Below, in pieces: positions 39,935-52,448 of a DNA stretch of 64,000 nucleotides (position 1 is its first letter; each line of letters begins with the position of its first letter). The notes beneath the pieces were generated by a model. It did not search any database and was not told where the DNA came from. It saw nothing but the letters and a program-made list of their open reading frames with translations. The translations under genes and the position numbers were made by a program. The DNA comes from Candidatus Nanohaloarchaea archaeon (GTDB lineage: Archaea; Nanohalarchaeota; Nanosalinia; Nanosalinales; Nanosalinaceae), in assembly GCA_013343275.1 (NCBI GenBank), contig CP046106.1:832001-896000 (forward strand). Reading direction: 5' to 3'.

Positions 39935-41581
39935 TCACATCTCTTCCAGAGGCTCGATTCCAAGCAACTCGAGACCCTGATCTGTAACATCTACAAATAG
40001 CTCTACCAGCTTCAACCGGTGCTCTTCACGGTCGGATCCGATAACATTGCATTCGTGGTAGAATCCGTTGAACTCTTCGCAGAGGTTAGATAGGTAGTTG
40101 GCGATTTTCGCTGGTTCACGCTGCTCTGTTGCGGCTTCAACTTTTTCCGGGAACTCCGAAAGCTTCTTCAGCAACCGGTACTCCTCGTCATCGAAATCCT
40201 GCTGGAACTCTCCACTGGAAGAGGCCTTTCGCAGAATGCTTTTCGCCCGAACGTTCGAGTACTGCAGGTAAGGCCCTGAGTCTCCTTTGAAGGAGAGGGC
40301 TGTGTCCCAGTTGAACTCCATGTCTTTCTTCCGGGATACTGAGAGATTGCTGTACTTTACAGCGCCGACACCGATGGCCTCGGCGTTCTCAAGGTTTCTG
40401 TTGATCTCTTCCTCTCCTTTCTCCTCTGCTATTTCCACGGCCTTGTCGAATATCTCTGACTGTTCGATTATCAGGCCTTTGCGTGTGGACATGCTGCCTT
40501 CAGGAAGGTTAAGCATTCCGTATGAGATATGCTCTGATCCTTCAGTGTCTATGCCCATATCCTCTGCTATTTTGAACAGCTGTTCGAAGTGAAGCTCCTG
40601 CTCTGAGGCCACTACGTACAGGTTGTAGTCGAATCCTTCCTCATTTCTCTTCTTGAGGTTGTACAGGTCTCTGGTTATGTAGAGTGTGGAGCCGTCTGCT
40701 TTGAGAAGCACGGTACCAGGAATATCTTCTTCGTCAAATTCGTAGAATACTGATCCGTCCTCATCTCTCTCCAGTTTACCTTCTTCAACCCATTTCTCTA
40801 CAAGCTCTCGGGCCTCTTCGTATACCTTGGATTCTCCCGTTATTCTGTCGAACTTTATACCTAGTCGTTCGTACTCCTCTTTGTGATATTCAAGGGTTGC
40901 TTCCCGGAACTTCTTCCACAGTCGTACGGCCTCATCGTCACCTTCTTCTATCTTTTTAGCCCATTCACGGGCTTCTTCCTCAACTTCAGGGTTTTCCCCC
41001 GCCAGTTCATGGAACTTGACGTAGATATCCAGCATGTACTCGATCGGTTCCTCCTCGAAGTTTTTCTCTGAATCAATGTTTTTGTGTCCATAGATCACTT
41101 TCCCAAACTGTGTTCCGAGATCGCCGATATAGTTCTCAGCTGTAACATCGTATCCAGAGAAAGAAAGAATCCTTCTTAGTGAGTCTCCGATAGCGTTGTT
41201 TCTCAAGTGGCCTACGTTCATAGGCTTTGCAATATTCGGTGAGGAGAACTCGAGTAGTACTTCTCCCGATTTCTGTTCGATACCGAAGTCCTCGGATTCC
41301 AGGTCTGAAAGTATCTGCTTTGAGTATTTCTCTCTGTCAAGGAAGAAGTTGATGTATCCGGGGCCGGCAACCTCTGCGTTCTCCACTACTTCCAGATCGG
41401 TCTCCTCTGCGACTTTCTCAGCAAGCGCTCTCGGATTCTCACCCAGTTCGGAGGCCGCTTTCATGCATGGGTAAGCGAAATCTCCGTGTTCAGGTTCCGG
41501 TCTCTCAATGTCTTCAATATCTACAGTTGTTCCCAGTATTTCCGCTAACTCATCGGCTATCTGCTTCTTGACAGAGGTCAT
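39935..41581 (-). CDS. argS: arginine--tRNA ligase
   Basis: SSPNIAKPMNVGHLRN, MSTRKG, GDSGPYLQY. Confidence 0.97.
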   Translation of the reverse strand: MTSVKKQIADELAEILGTTVDIEDIERPEPEHGDFAYPCMKAASELGENPRALAEKVAEETDLEVVENAEVAGPGYINFFLDREKYSKQILSDLESEDFGIEQKSGEVLLEFSSPNIAKPMNVGHLRNNAIGDSLRRILSFSGYDVTAENYIGDLGTQFGKVIYGHKNIDSEKNFEEEPIEYMLDIYVKFHELAGENPEVEEEAREWAKKIEEGDDEAVRLWKKFREATLEYHKEEYERLGIKFDRITGESKVYEEARELVEKWVEEGKLERDEDGSVFYEFDEEDIPGTVLLKADGSTLYITRDLYNLKKRNEEGFDYNLYVVASEQELHFEQLFKIAEDMGIDTEGSEHISYGMLNLPEGSMSTRKGLIIEQSEIFDKAVEIAEEKGEEEINRNLENAEAIGVGAVKYSNLSVSRKKDMEFNWDTALSFKGDSGPYLQYSNVRAKSILRKASSSGEFQQDFDDEEYRLLKKLSEFPEKVEAATEQREPAKIANYLSNLCEEFNGFYHECNVIGSDREEHRLKLVELFVDVTDQGLELLGIEPLEEM

Positions 41582-41597
41582 ACCACTGGTTTAGACT

Positions 41598-42383
41598 TCA
41601 AGATTCAAAAACTAACTCCGATAAAAGGGTATGAACAAGGGCCTGTGCAGAATCAATGGTCCGACCGTTAATATCAAGAGATGGAGCTACCTCGACAAGA
41701 TCTGCATGAACAGGCCCGACTTTTTGAATTATATTTTCTACCTCCTCAAGGCCTAGTTCTCCGTCGGGATATCCTGTGCCCGGTGCAAACTCCTTTTTCA
41801 GTACATCGATATCGAGACTGAGGTAGACGTCTCCTTCAAGATCTAGCTCCATGAACTCATCTACCTGGTCAGGCCGGTAAATCCGGAAATCGTGCTCTTT
41901 CAGGAAGTCCTCTTCGTCATGATCGATCCGGGTGATTCCGACAAAGATTATCTCGTCCTCGCTGAAACCGTGATCCATCAGCTCGCGCACCACTACATCA
42001 TGAGATACGTGGCCATCGACTTTCTCCTTTACATCCAGATGGGAGTCAAGCCACACAAGCTTCATGCCTGGATTTTCCTCTTTCAAGGCCTTGATAACAG
42101 GGAAACTTACAGAGTGATCTCCCCCTACGGATAGAACAGGCCTGTCTTTCCCGGCTAGTTCTCTGGTATTCTCATGTATTCTCTGGTGTGTATGCTCAAG
42201 ATCGAACTCGTCAGGGAAGACTTCATCTATCAGAACATCCTCGTTGAACTCTAAGTCTTCAAGTATCTTATCGGGCGCGTCAAGTGTGCCTTTTCTCGGG
42301 TTTCTATGTATGCCCATGTCGCATGGAAGTTTCTGGATCAAGGCCTCTGCATCATCGATAGAGTTTACCTGGCTCATGGACAC
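41598..42383 (-). CDS. arginase/agmatinase-family ureohydrolase
   Basis: GGDHS, DSHLD, SLDIDVL, APGTGYP, DLVEVAP. Confidence 0.88.
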   Translation of the reverse strand: MSMSQVNSIDDAEALIQKLPCDMGIHRNPRKGTLDAPDKILEDLEFNEDVLIDEVFPDEFDLEHTHQRIHENTRELAGKDRPVLSVGGDHSVSFPVIKALKEENPGMKLVWLDSHLDVKEKVDGHVSHDVVVRELMDHGFSEDEIIFVGITRIDHDEEDFLKEHDFRIYRPDQVDEFMELDLEGDVYLSLDIDVLKKEFAPGTGYPDGELGLEEVENIIQKVGPVHADLVEVAPSLDINGRTIDSAQALVHTLLSELVFES

Positions 42384-42459
42384 TTTTGGTTCACGAATAA
42401 TTTAATTAGCTGTTCTGTCCGCCAGAAGAAATTTAAAAACCAGCAGCAAACTTGTTGCT

Positions 42460-42801
42460 ATGAAACAGTACTTACATATGGATGATCTTGCTGGTGAGTT
42501 GGATGAACAGTATGATGACCTCTCTACTGAACAGGTTGAAACTGCTGTAGAAGTAATGGAGCAGAGGTACGGAGATGACCTGTTTGTCTCTCCTGAAGAT
42601 GTTGAACTGGAAGAGGTCTACGACGGCGCAGTTGAGATCGATATAGAAGAAGTTGAAGATACTCCTATCTATGCAGATCCTAATGCTGAGGAAGGGGAAG
42701 GCCATCTATGTGTTACATGGGGCAACCTCGGAGACGATGGAAATCCTCCCGAAGGCCGTGCCAAGGATGGTTCAGGGGACGATATGTTCGGTATAAGATA
42801 A
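42460..42801 (+). CDS. acidic hypothetical protein
   Basis: 113-aa ORF with TTTAAA box about 25 nt upstream. Confidence 0.6.
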   Translation: MKQYLHMDDLAGELDEQYDDLSTEQVETAVEVMEQRYGDDLFVSPEDVELEEVYDGAVEIDIEEVEDTPIYADPNAEEGEGHLCVTWGNLGDDGNPPEGRAKDGSGDDMFGIR

Positions 42802-42871
42802 CACTCATATCTTACTACTCTTCTTTTCTAAGAAAAGATAAATTACAGTTAGATAATAATCAAGATAGATA

Positions 42872-42946
42872 CGGACCCACAGGGATTTGAACCCTGGACC
42901 TACCGGTTAGAAGCCGGTTGCTCTGTCCAAGCTGAGCTATGGGCCC
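42872..42946 (-). tRNA. tRNA-Arg(TCT)
   Basis: cloverleaf; ACCGG-CTTCTAA-CCGGT. Confidence 0.95.
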
Positions 42947-42976
42947 TTCTTTTTCTCAAAAACTCTGGATAGAAAT

Positions 42977-43147
42977 TTAGATACCTATTATTCCCATGTG
43001 CAGGCCTATTTCGAATACTGAAACCAGTAGTCCGAAAGCTATGATTGTCTTTGGATCCATTTCTACGCCTGCGTCGGCGTCAAAGTACTGGACCAGTCCT
43101 CCCTGACTGGAAGGTAGTTGGCCTCCTTGCTGCTGGTTATTGGCCAT
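42977..43147 (-). CDS. secG: preprotein translocase subunit Sec61beta (not in ORF track)
   Basis: LPSSQGGLVQYFD..VEMDPKTI plus a C-terminal TM, 56 aa. Confidence 0.88.
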   Translation of the reverse strand: MANNQQQGGQLPSSQGGLVQYFDADAGVEMDPKTIIAFGLLVSVFEIGLHMGIIGI

Positions 43148-43186
43148 AAAGGTTATTCACACTGAAAACTTCAAAAAGGTTGTCGC

Positions 43187-43610
43187 AAACTGGAGATGGG
43201 AGTAAGCCCGATTCTGTTTCTACGACTGTATTTCACTATACCACACCTCAAGAGAGATAGATGGGTTAAAACCATTAACTCTCCGAGGCCTGGATTGCAC
43301 CATTTTAGGCTTGCTCCATGCGCCTGGATCTCGTTTCAGCGCTGCTTCCGTAAACGTCTGACTTGTGTCATCATCCTTTTTACACGGAAGCCGTGTCGTT
43401 TCTGCGATCCTCAGGCCTTCCTATCCCAAGATATTACTCTGGGTTATGGTTAGCCTTAACCCTCTCAGGTTACAGGTGTTAACACCTGCTGCAATTACCG
43501 AAAATCTGCTGCAGATTTTCTGGAAGCCCAGAAACTGCGTTGCAGTTTCGGTATTGGAGTCGGGACTTTCCTCCGAAGTACTCGGGGGACAGTCACTCCA
43601 TCTCCAGTTT
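43187..43610 (-). ncRNA. rnpB: RNase P RNA
   Basis: GAGGAAAGTCC near the 5' end, ACAGAATCGGGCTTA near the 3' end, P1 stem AAACTGGAGATGG/CCATCTCCAGTTT. Confidence 0.9.
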
Positions 43611-43809
43611 ACTATAGTAGAAATGCATGCAGTAAATCTTTTATCTGTAGAACTGTAGTATGGTAGATTTCTTTGTAAATTGAAGGTTAAGATAAGAAAG
43701 AAAGTACTAGATTGAGGGGTAACTTTGATGGTTCGACCAATCGGGTTCTACCAGCAGTGGTACAAAGACTTGAGCAATAATGTTAGAGCTCAAGCTGGTA
43801 CCGTCCACT

Positions 43810-46755
43810 GAATTGGAACCCACGATTAGTAGTGGTCGGCTGAAAGTCTCGTTGCCTTGACTCTTACACCGCCACTCTATTGACTCGTCTTGTGCGAGAG
43901 TGGAAGCGGTCTCTTTTTGAGGTGGCTTTCAAGCTTAGATGCTTTCAGCTTTTACACCTCGAGGCATAGCTACTCTGCAACACCCTCTCGGATGACAGAT
44001 ACACCAGAGGCCTCAGTTCGGGGTTCCTTTCGTACTGTCCGAACTTTCCTCTCAGACCACTAAACACTCCCAGCAGATAGCAACAGATCTGGCTCACGCC
44101 GATCTAAACCCAGCTCACGATCCGTTTTAATGGGTGAACACCCCCACCCTTGGCTGCTGTTGCACAGCCAGGATACGGAGAGCCGACATCGAAGTAACAA
44201 GCCTGAGGGTCGATGTGAGCTCGCGCCTCAGACAATCCAGTTATCCCTGGAGTACCTTTTCCGTCAGGCCTAAGCCTCACTACTTGGCTGTAGGCGTTCG
44301 CTAGACCACGCTTTCGCGCCTAGTTCTCGTGCTGTAGAGGAACCAGTCAGGCAGGCTTTTGCTCTTGTACTCTACACTCGATTTCTGACCGAGTTGAGCC
44401 TACCTTTGGACCCCTCTGATTCGTTATCAGAGGGATACCGCCCCAGTTAAACTGCCCAGCTAACGCTGTCCTTCCGTAGAAGTAAGCAGCGGGGTTCCAG
44501 GAGGGTAGTGTCCCATGATCGGCTGGGCGACGTGCTAGCGCACGCACCTCTGTAATGCCTCCTACCTACACTTCACACTTGGAACCCCACCGCAACGTTA
44601 GACTGCAGTAAAGGTTCACAGGGTCTTCGCTTCCCACTGGGAGTCACCGGCCTATGCGCCGGTACGGCGGGTTCACCGGGCCACGATTTGGGACAGTAGA
44701 AGCCTCGTTACTCTATTGATGCGGGCCAACAATTAATTGGCAAGGGACTACGCTACCTTAAGACGGTCATAGTTACCGCCGCCGTTTACCAGCCCTTCGT
44801 CTCCTTGTACGGAGTGTTCAGGTACTGGCACTGGGCAAGAGTCGCCGACTATACAAATCCTTTCGGACTAGCAGTCGGCTATGTTTTTAGTAAACAGTCG
44901 AGCTTCTCTGGTAATTGCAACCTATCCTAGCGAGAGGATAGGCACCCCATATTGCGAACGTACGGGGCTAACTTGCCGAATTCCCTAAATCGCGTTATAC
45001 CCGAGGGCCTTAGCTTACTCAGCCTGGATACCTGTGCTGGTTCTGGGTACGGACTCTTACATCTTTTTAAGAGTCCCAGGACTCGCGGAGATCCGGGATT
45101 ATTCCCAGACCCATCACAGCTTCACATGGTCGATGCATTACGCTCGCATGCATTAACTGCTTGGACTGCGCGAAAACGCAGCCTCCGATATCCCAAGACG
45201 TCGATTAATGTAAGGAGGTTCAGGAATATTAACCTGATTCCCTATTCGCCAGTCTCGAATTACGGACTGGCTTAGGACCGACTAACCCTCTGCTGATGAA
45301 CATTGCAGAGGAACCCTTATCCTTTCGGCCGATAGGATTCGCACCTATCTTAATGCTGATACTGCCGGCAGAATCTTCATATCCACACGGTCCACACGAA
45401 CTCACGTCCATGCTTCCGCCCATGCGGATCGCTTCTCTACCCACTGTTGAAAACAATGGTAAGGTCTCGGCTCCTGACTTGAGCCCCGTCCATTTACGGC
45501 GCCCCGGTCCTCAACGAGTGAGCTGTTACGCTATCTTTAAAGGGTAGCTGCTTCTAAGCTAACCTCCTCGCTGTCTGAGAACCGGGACATCCTCGATGAC
45601 ACTTAGTCAGGAATTGAGGGGCCTTAACCTTACTCTGGGTTGTTTCCCTCTCGGACTGGTAGCTTACCCACCAGCCCTCACTCCCAGTATCTACGGCGTT
45701 GCACAGTTCAGAGTTTGACTTCGGGCCTGAGCGCGAGCTCAGGTACCCAAAATCAGTCGCTTTACCTGTACAACAACCTCCACTGAGGCTGGACTTCGAT
45801 CCATTTCGAGAAGAACCAGCCATCACCGATCTCGATTGACATTTCACCCCTTGACCCAGCTCATCCGAGCGCTTGTAACACAGCACCGGTGTGGGCCTCC
45901 ACGGAGCTTTCGCGCCGCTTCACCCTAGCCAGGCCAGGATCGACCGGTTTCGGATCATTCCGCGGTGACTTCACGCGAGTTAACACGCGGCCCCTGACAG
46001 TCCAAAAGGACTGCTGCGGGCTTCTTGCTTTCGCTGTGACTCCCCACCGAATCGGTGGTTAGCCTCGCCACGACGGAAAACTCTCTGCCCCGTTTTTCAA
46101 AACGGATGGTACAACACTGCTCCGGCTGATTCATACTACCTCCTCTCGGAAGGATTCTTTCACAGCCATCGACGCTTACATGCTGTACCTAGCCTATTAC
46201 TAGATAGTTTCAAGCTCTTTGAACCCCCTTTCTAGGGGTACTTTTCAGCTTTCCTTCACAGTACTTAGTACGCTATCGGACTCGAGAAGTATTTAGCGTT
46301 GGAAGAAAGTAGTGCCTCCCAAATTCGCACAGGATTTCCAACCCATGCTACTCTTGGCACGTCCCAGAACGTTTTGGCAATCGTCTACGAGGCTATCACT
46401 CTCTATGGCCCTGCTTTCCAGCAGAGTTCGACTGAACCAATAGGTTCCTACGGACGGCCGAACCACATTGCCAGCATCCTCTCAGATGCGGCTTCAGTTT
46501 GCGCTGTCCCCCTTTCGCTCGCCGCTAATAAGGGGATCTCCGTTGATTTTTTCTCCTGCGGCTACTGAGATGTTTCAGTTCACCGCGTTCCCGCTCCGTG
46601 TGGAGCAGGTCGCCGAAACGACCTATGAAGTCACATTAGGAAATCTTGGGCTCGATGACTGCATGCGTCTCGCCCAAGCTTATCGCAGCTTGCCACGTCC
46701 TTCTTCGGCTTCTCGAACCGAGCTATCCACTACCTAGCTTGGCAGCAATTCAGCT
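43810..46755 (-). rRNA. rrl: 23S rRNA (ends approximate)
   Basis: peptidyl-transferase centre and sarcin-ricin loop (AGTACGAAAGGAAC); flanking processing stem 43790-43802/46759-46771. Confidence 0.97.
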
Positions 46756-47102
46756 TCGGGTACCAGCTTGATTTACTCCATTGTGTAGCAGAGCTACACT
46801 TCCATAAATCAAGCCTAAAAATTTCTCGGTAAAACCCGGAAATTGGTCGAACCATACTTACGCCAAATCCAACAACCAAGATGGTTGTACACATGGCAAT
46901 GTGTTCTTCGGCGTGCAGTACTATCGCCCACATTATGAATTCAGGCGACGTTTCTTGCTGAGGACATCCCCAGTAGAGACGCCCCTCAGATCTAATATGA
47001 AATAGTCATACACGACCACTCTAGGTCGTGAAAGACTGTTGGGCCTTAACAGTTTTAAACCCCCTCATTATACTAAACCTGTAACGAGGTAGGCTATCAA
47101 CC

Positions 47103-47146
47103 TCTCAAGCCCGTAACCAGAAAACCATCTTTAAACTTTAAATAGG
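47103..47146 (-). promoter_or_regulatory. 23S rRNA promoter (copy of the 16S promoter)
   Basis: TATTTAAA box; 37/44 nt identical to 51130..51173. Confidence 0.7.
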
Positions 47147-47279
47147 TAGTTCCGGCCTGATTTTCACCAACTTCACAGAGCTCTTCCATTTAAAAAAATA
47201 GCCACCTACACTTTGATGTAAGAGTTGCTTCAGCATCCCTGAACGCATCCACAGATGATCAAACTCTCTAATAGAGTTT

Positions 47280-47353
47280 GGGCCCTTAGTTCAGTCTGGC
47301 AGAACGTCCGCTTTGCAAGCGGAAGGCCCAGGGTTCAAATCCCTGAGGGTCCA
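47280..47353 (+). tRNA. tRNA-Ala(TGC), opposite strand to the rRNA genes
   Basis: cloverleaf, G3-U70, TCCGC-TTTGCAA-GCGGA. Confidence 0.95.
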
Positions 47354-48339
47354 CTTAAAATTTCTCTGGAATCCAGTTCTTCAAGTTTATCAGTTACTGA
47401 GGCCTTATCCATCTTGTATATGCATAGTTCGTGTCCTTTTCCTGGCATTGATTTCTCGTAGTAGAACCAGATCTCCTCGTCGACTTCAACGGCCTTGACG
47501 TATCTCAGTGACTTAGTTCCTGAGGCAGAGCCTATAGCCTTTCTGCCCGGCATGAGGTCTTCTATCTCTCCTTCTTCGGCTTTACCTATTTTGGTCTTTT
47601 CCTCTCCTGTGAAGATTATGGATGGAAGCCAGTCGTAGAAGAAGTACTTCTGATCCCGTAATTCGAGTGTAGATGTTATACGGCCGGAAGAGCTTTCATC
47701 TGCAAACTCTATCTTCTCAACCTCTGGATCGGTGGAAGGGTTCTCTACACGGAAGTTACCGTGGTCCAGAAAGTTCTTGGAGGCCGTGTGAACTATGATA
47801 TCGTCGCCATCAACCACCGGATCTTTAACATGGGTGAAACCGGTAGTAAGATCCATTTCCTCTCTATTATCTGCCTTAAGGCCTTCTACTGTATCTGATT
47901 TTGTCCTGTCGATCTTCCACTGGCCTGAACTCTTTTCGTGGTAGCTGATGTACAGAATGTATTCTCCATCTTTCTTCTGAAGTGCTCCGCCTTCCAAAGA
48001 GTGAGCTTCAAATTCTTCGGCTGTAAGCTCTTTGACTTCTTCGAGTTCTTCGCCGTCCTGTGTTTTTGCGATAACTGATTTCCAGCCTCTTCTGTAAGGA
48101 TCCCGCAGACGGTAGTAAATGTATAGCTCATCTTTCTCCTCGTCGTAGAAAGGGGAGGGACCGCCAACCCAGTAACCCTCTCCGTCTACATCCGGAGTTA
48201 GTAATGATGTGTTTTCCAGAGGATCGAAAAGTGGAGATTCATTTTCATGTTCCTGGAGGAGTATGGAGTACAGCTTTCTTCCTGCTGAACGGGCCTTGGT
48301 CTCGATAAGGTTTCTTACTCCGTTCACATGGATCTTCAT
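47335..48339 (-). CDS. five-bladed beta-propeller glycoside-hydrolase-like protein
   Basis: YWVGGPS..LYIYYRLR, HVKDPVV, LRYV..WFYYE; 3' end overlaps tRNA-Ala. Confidence 0.6.
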   Translation of the reverse strand: MKIHVNGVRNLIETKARSAGRKLYSILLQEHENESPLFDPLENTSLLTPDVDGEGYWVGGPSPFYDEEKDELYIYYRLRDPYRRGWKSVIAKTQDGEELEEVKELTAEEFEAHSLEGGALQKKDGEYILYISYHEKSSGQWKIDRTKSDTVEGLKADNREEMDLTTGFTHVKDPVVDGDDIIVHTASKNFLDHGNFRVENPSTDPEVEKIEFADESSSGRITSTLELRDQKYFFYDWLPSIIFTGEEKTKIGKAEEGEIEDLMPGRKAIGSASGTKSLRYVKAVEVDEEIWFYYEKSMPGKGHELCIYKMDKASVTDKLEELDSREILSGPSGI

Positions 48340-48364
48340 AGAACAAAGTTGGTGGGGATAGGCT

Positions 48365-48565
48365 TTACTGCTTTTCTTTCTTCCTGATCTCCTGGAACAG
48401 TTCTAGGCCTTCCTCTGTATCGAACTCCTTGCCTGTTTCCGGGTCGGTGAACTTGTCTGTACTGTCTTCTGCGGAGGCCTCTATCTTCTCGATCATTTCC
48501 TCTACTTCTTCCCGGGTTTCCTCCAGCTCCTCTTCCAGCTCTTCCTCTTCGGTTTCCTCTTTCAC
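48365..48565 (-). CDS. small acidic protein with degenerate C2H2-like motif
   Basis: FTDPETGKEFDTEEGLELF. Confidence 0.55.
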   Translation of the reverse strand: MKEETEEEELEEELEETREEVEEMIEKIEASAEDSTDKFTDPETGKEFDTEEGLELFQEIRKKEKQ

Positions 48566-48644
48566 AGGTTTGAATTGTTACTGAGGGATTATTAGAATTT
48601 TTATACTGCCAGCAGCAAGTTTAAACTGTAAAGTGATACAAAAG

Positions 48645-49142
48645 ATGTCAGAATCAGAATTCGAATGCAGTGTATGCGGTGAAACTTTCGACAGTAAGAA
48701 AGGCCTTCACATCCATGAAGGTCAGAAGCACCCTGATAAACAGGTACAGGAGCTTCAGCATCTACTGGAGAAGATCGACGAGGAAGCCGATAAGGTTTCC
48801 GAAATAAAGGAAAAGAAGAAAGAGCTAAAGGAGCAGGTTCAGGACTTGAAGCAGGAGAAACGGCAGCTTCAAGGCACTATCTCCAACCTTGAAGACACGA
48901 AAGAAGAACTACAGCAGAAACTTGAGAGTAAGAACAGTGAGATCGAAGATCTTCAGGAAGAACTTGAAGAAGAGCGTGAGAAGGAGGCAGAGCTTGAAGC
49001 CGAGACAGACTCCCAGCAGAGAAAGATTGAGAAACTGCAGGAGGAAAAAGAATCTCTGGAAGAGTCTCTTTCACAGACAGATAACCTGTTGACCAAGCTC
49101 AATCATCAGGTAGATCAGCTAGATGAAGACATAGAGGAATAA
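48645..49142 (+). CDS. C2H2 zinc finger plus coiled-coil protein
   Basis: FECSVCGETFDSKKGLHIHEGQKH followed by heptads. Confidence 0.8.
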   Translation: MSESEFECSVCGETFDSKKGLHIHEGQKHPDKQVQELQHLLEKIDEEADKVSEIKEKKKELKEQVQDLKQEKRQLQGTISNLEDTKEELQQKLESKNSEIEDLQEELEEEREKEAELEAETDSQQRKIEKLQEEKESLEESLSQTDNLLTKLNHQVDQLDEDIEE

Positions 49143-49315
49143 AGGCCTCTACCTTCATTTTTCTATTATATTTCTAATTCTATGCGTAATTGAATCGAAG
49201 CAATAATTGAGTTTGCTGGTAGAATAAGTTAGAAAGTGAAATTGTAGGGAGAGACGGATGAAATGATGAGACTATGTTTCCTGGATTTTGTGTCCCAGGA
49301 AACTATGTTTGTTTT

Positions 49316-50789
<1,474 letters not shown>

Positions 50790-51129
50790 TGCTCCAAATC
50801 AATGGAGGGTTCTTGACGGGTATTTATATGAACGGAAAGTTCCAAACTTTCCAGCGCAACTCAAAACTGAGTTGCTATAAGAAGACTCCTCTAAGAGGAA
50901 GTCTTCGTTGTCAAGTAATAACTGCACACAATCTAACTTGTGTGCGGCTACATGTTGAAGCGCAATCCAAAAGAATTGCACTTCGGGTCCGTCTCTCCTA
51001 CATCACGTAAAAGTATTACGCTCATCAACGCCCTTCCGGGCTTTCCCCGAACAAGTCTCCTTGCCGGGTAACAATACAGTCCATATTAACTCTTATAAAT
51101 GGTCAGACTGTCTTCGGACTGAGACCAAG

Positions 51130-51173
51130 TCTCAAGCCCGTGTCCACAAAAACTACTCTAAACTTTAAATAGG
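51130..51173 (-). promoter_or_regulatory. 16S rRNA promoter
   Basis: TATTTAAA box; duplicated upstream of the 23S gene. Confidence 0.7.
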
Positions 51174-51215
51174 GTTCGATCCGGAGAAATTAAGCGTCTT
51201 GAAGTATAACATCAA

Positions 51216-52235
51216 TCAAAGCAAAAGGGAGAAAGTACTGCGAATAAGTTCTTCTAGAAAACCTGTTTCTACCTTGCTTCTGTTTACTCTATCTGGCGCC
51301 CAGTAAGAAGGCTCTTCTTCCTTGATTTCCTGGCTTTCCAGAGAAAAAGCTTTCTTGCTGCCATGCTCTATATCGGAGACGCTTTCCATATCCCTGCTCC
51401 ATAACTCGTGGCCGGTCCTGTTAACAGCAAATACCTGATCTTCATCGGCTATAACCGTATTGTTGTTAGGAAGCCTGTGTACGGCCTTACCCGATTCAAG
51501 CCCGGTGAAAGTCCAGGCCTCTGTCAGGTTTCCGTCTGTAACTCTGTATTCAGCAACTCTTCTCTCCTGAGCGACTAGTATACTTATTCTGGCGCCTGTA
51601 TCTATTATCTGGATATCTCTTGGACCTGTTACATTGAAGCTTTGCTGCGAACCCGACTCTCTGATAATTATCTGATCCGGGTTGCTGGTGGACAGGACAG
51701 TAAAGTTATCTCTTATCTCCAGATCGGTTACCTCGGAACTGTTAGGTAGATCTAAGTCCTGCAGGGTTTCTGAAGTATTATCTATAGTGTGTATCCCTGT
51801 GCTGTTTGCAAAGACATAACGGCCTCTATGCTTCTCTACATCGGTTATAGAGGTTTTGATACTGAAATTCCTGGAAAGGTTGTCGTTATTCCTGTTCCTG
51901 ATAACTAGTTGAGACTCCACGCCGTTCTTGGTTAGATCACGATGTACAAAGGCGAGATAAGTCTGATTCAAGGCCTCAATATCCAAGTACTGTCCCTTAT
52001 CCTCCAGCTTTCTGATTGTGGTTCCGTTAAATTTCTCGGCTTCAACTAATGCGCCCGACTGGGAAAGTGCAGATCCCAGAACTGTCTCTCCTCCGGAAGA
52101 GGCCAGGAAAAGGGTTTCGTTGTAGCTGAAGTTCCTGTTGGAGTTATCTTCAGAGGCCTCTGTGTTTATGCTGTCTGCGGCGATAGGTGATGCTGCAGCC
52201 AGTACGGCCAGTATCAGAAGTATACGGTATTTCAT
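51216..52235 (-). CDS. secreted beta-propeller-like glycoprotein
   Basis: signal peptide, many NxS/T sites, RLPNNNTVIAD/LWS propeller-type repeats. Confidence 0.65.
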   Translation of the reverse strand: MKYRILLILAVLAAASPIAADSINTEASEDNSNRNFSYNETLFLASSGGETVLGSALSQSGALVEAEKFNGTTIRKLEDKGQYLDIEALNQTYLAFVHRDLTKNGVESQLVIRNRNNDNLSRNFSIKTSITDVEKHRGRYVFANSTGIHTIDNTSETLQDLDLPNSSEVTDLEIRDNFTVLSTSNPDQIIIRESGSQQSFNVTGPRDIQIIDTGARISILVAQERRVAEYRVTDGNLTEAWTFTGLESGKAVHRLPNNNTVIADEDQVFAVNRTGHELWSRDMESVSDIEHGSKKAFSLESQEIKEEEPSYWAPDRVNRSKVETGFLEELIRSTFSLLL

Positions 52236-52255
52236 GTGTTAATCAACCGTGTTAG

Positions 52256-52330
52256 GGCGGAGGGCGGGATTCGAACCCGCGTCCCGACCGCCACAAGGTC
52301 GGAGTATAGACCAGCTAACCTACCTCCACC
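52256..52330 (-). tRNA. tRNA-His(GTG) with encoded G-1
   Basis: CGACC-TTGTGGC-GGTCG; C73. Confidence 0.92.
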
Positions 52331-52448
52331 ATTCTAGTAAACAGAGTTTAAACTAGGAAACTTTTTAACTATCCCCGAATTTTCTAGAAAAGCAGTAGAA
52401 AACCCGTTACTGAGGCTGCTGCAAGGCCTAGGATATTAGTATCATTGG

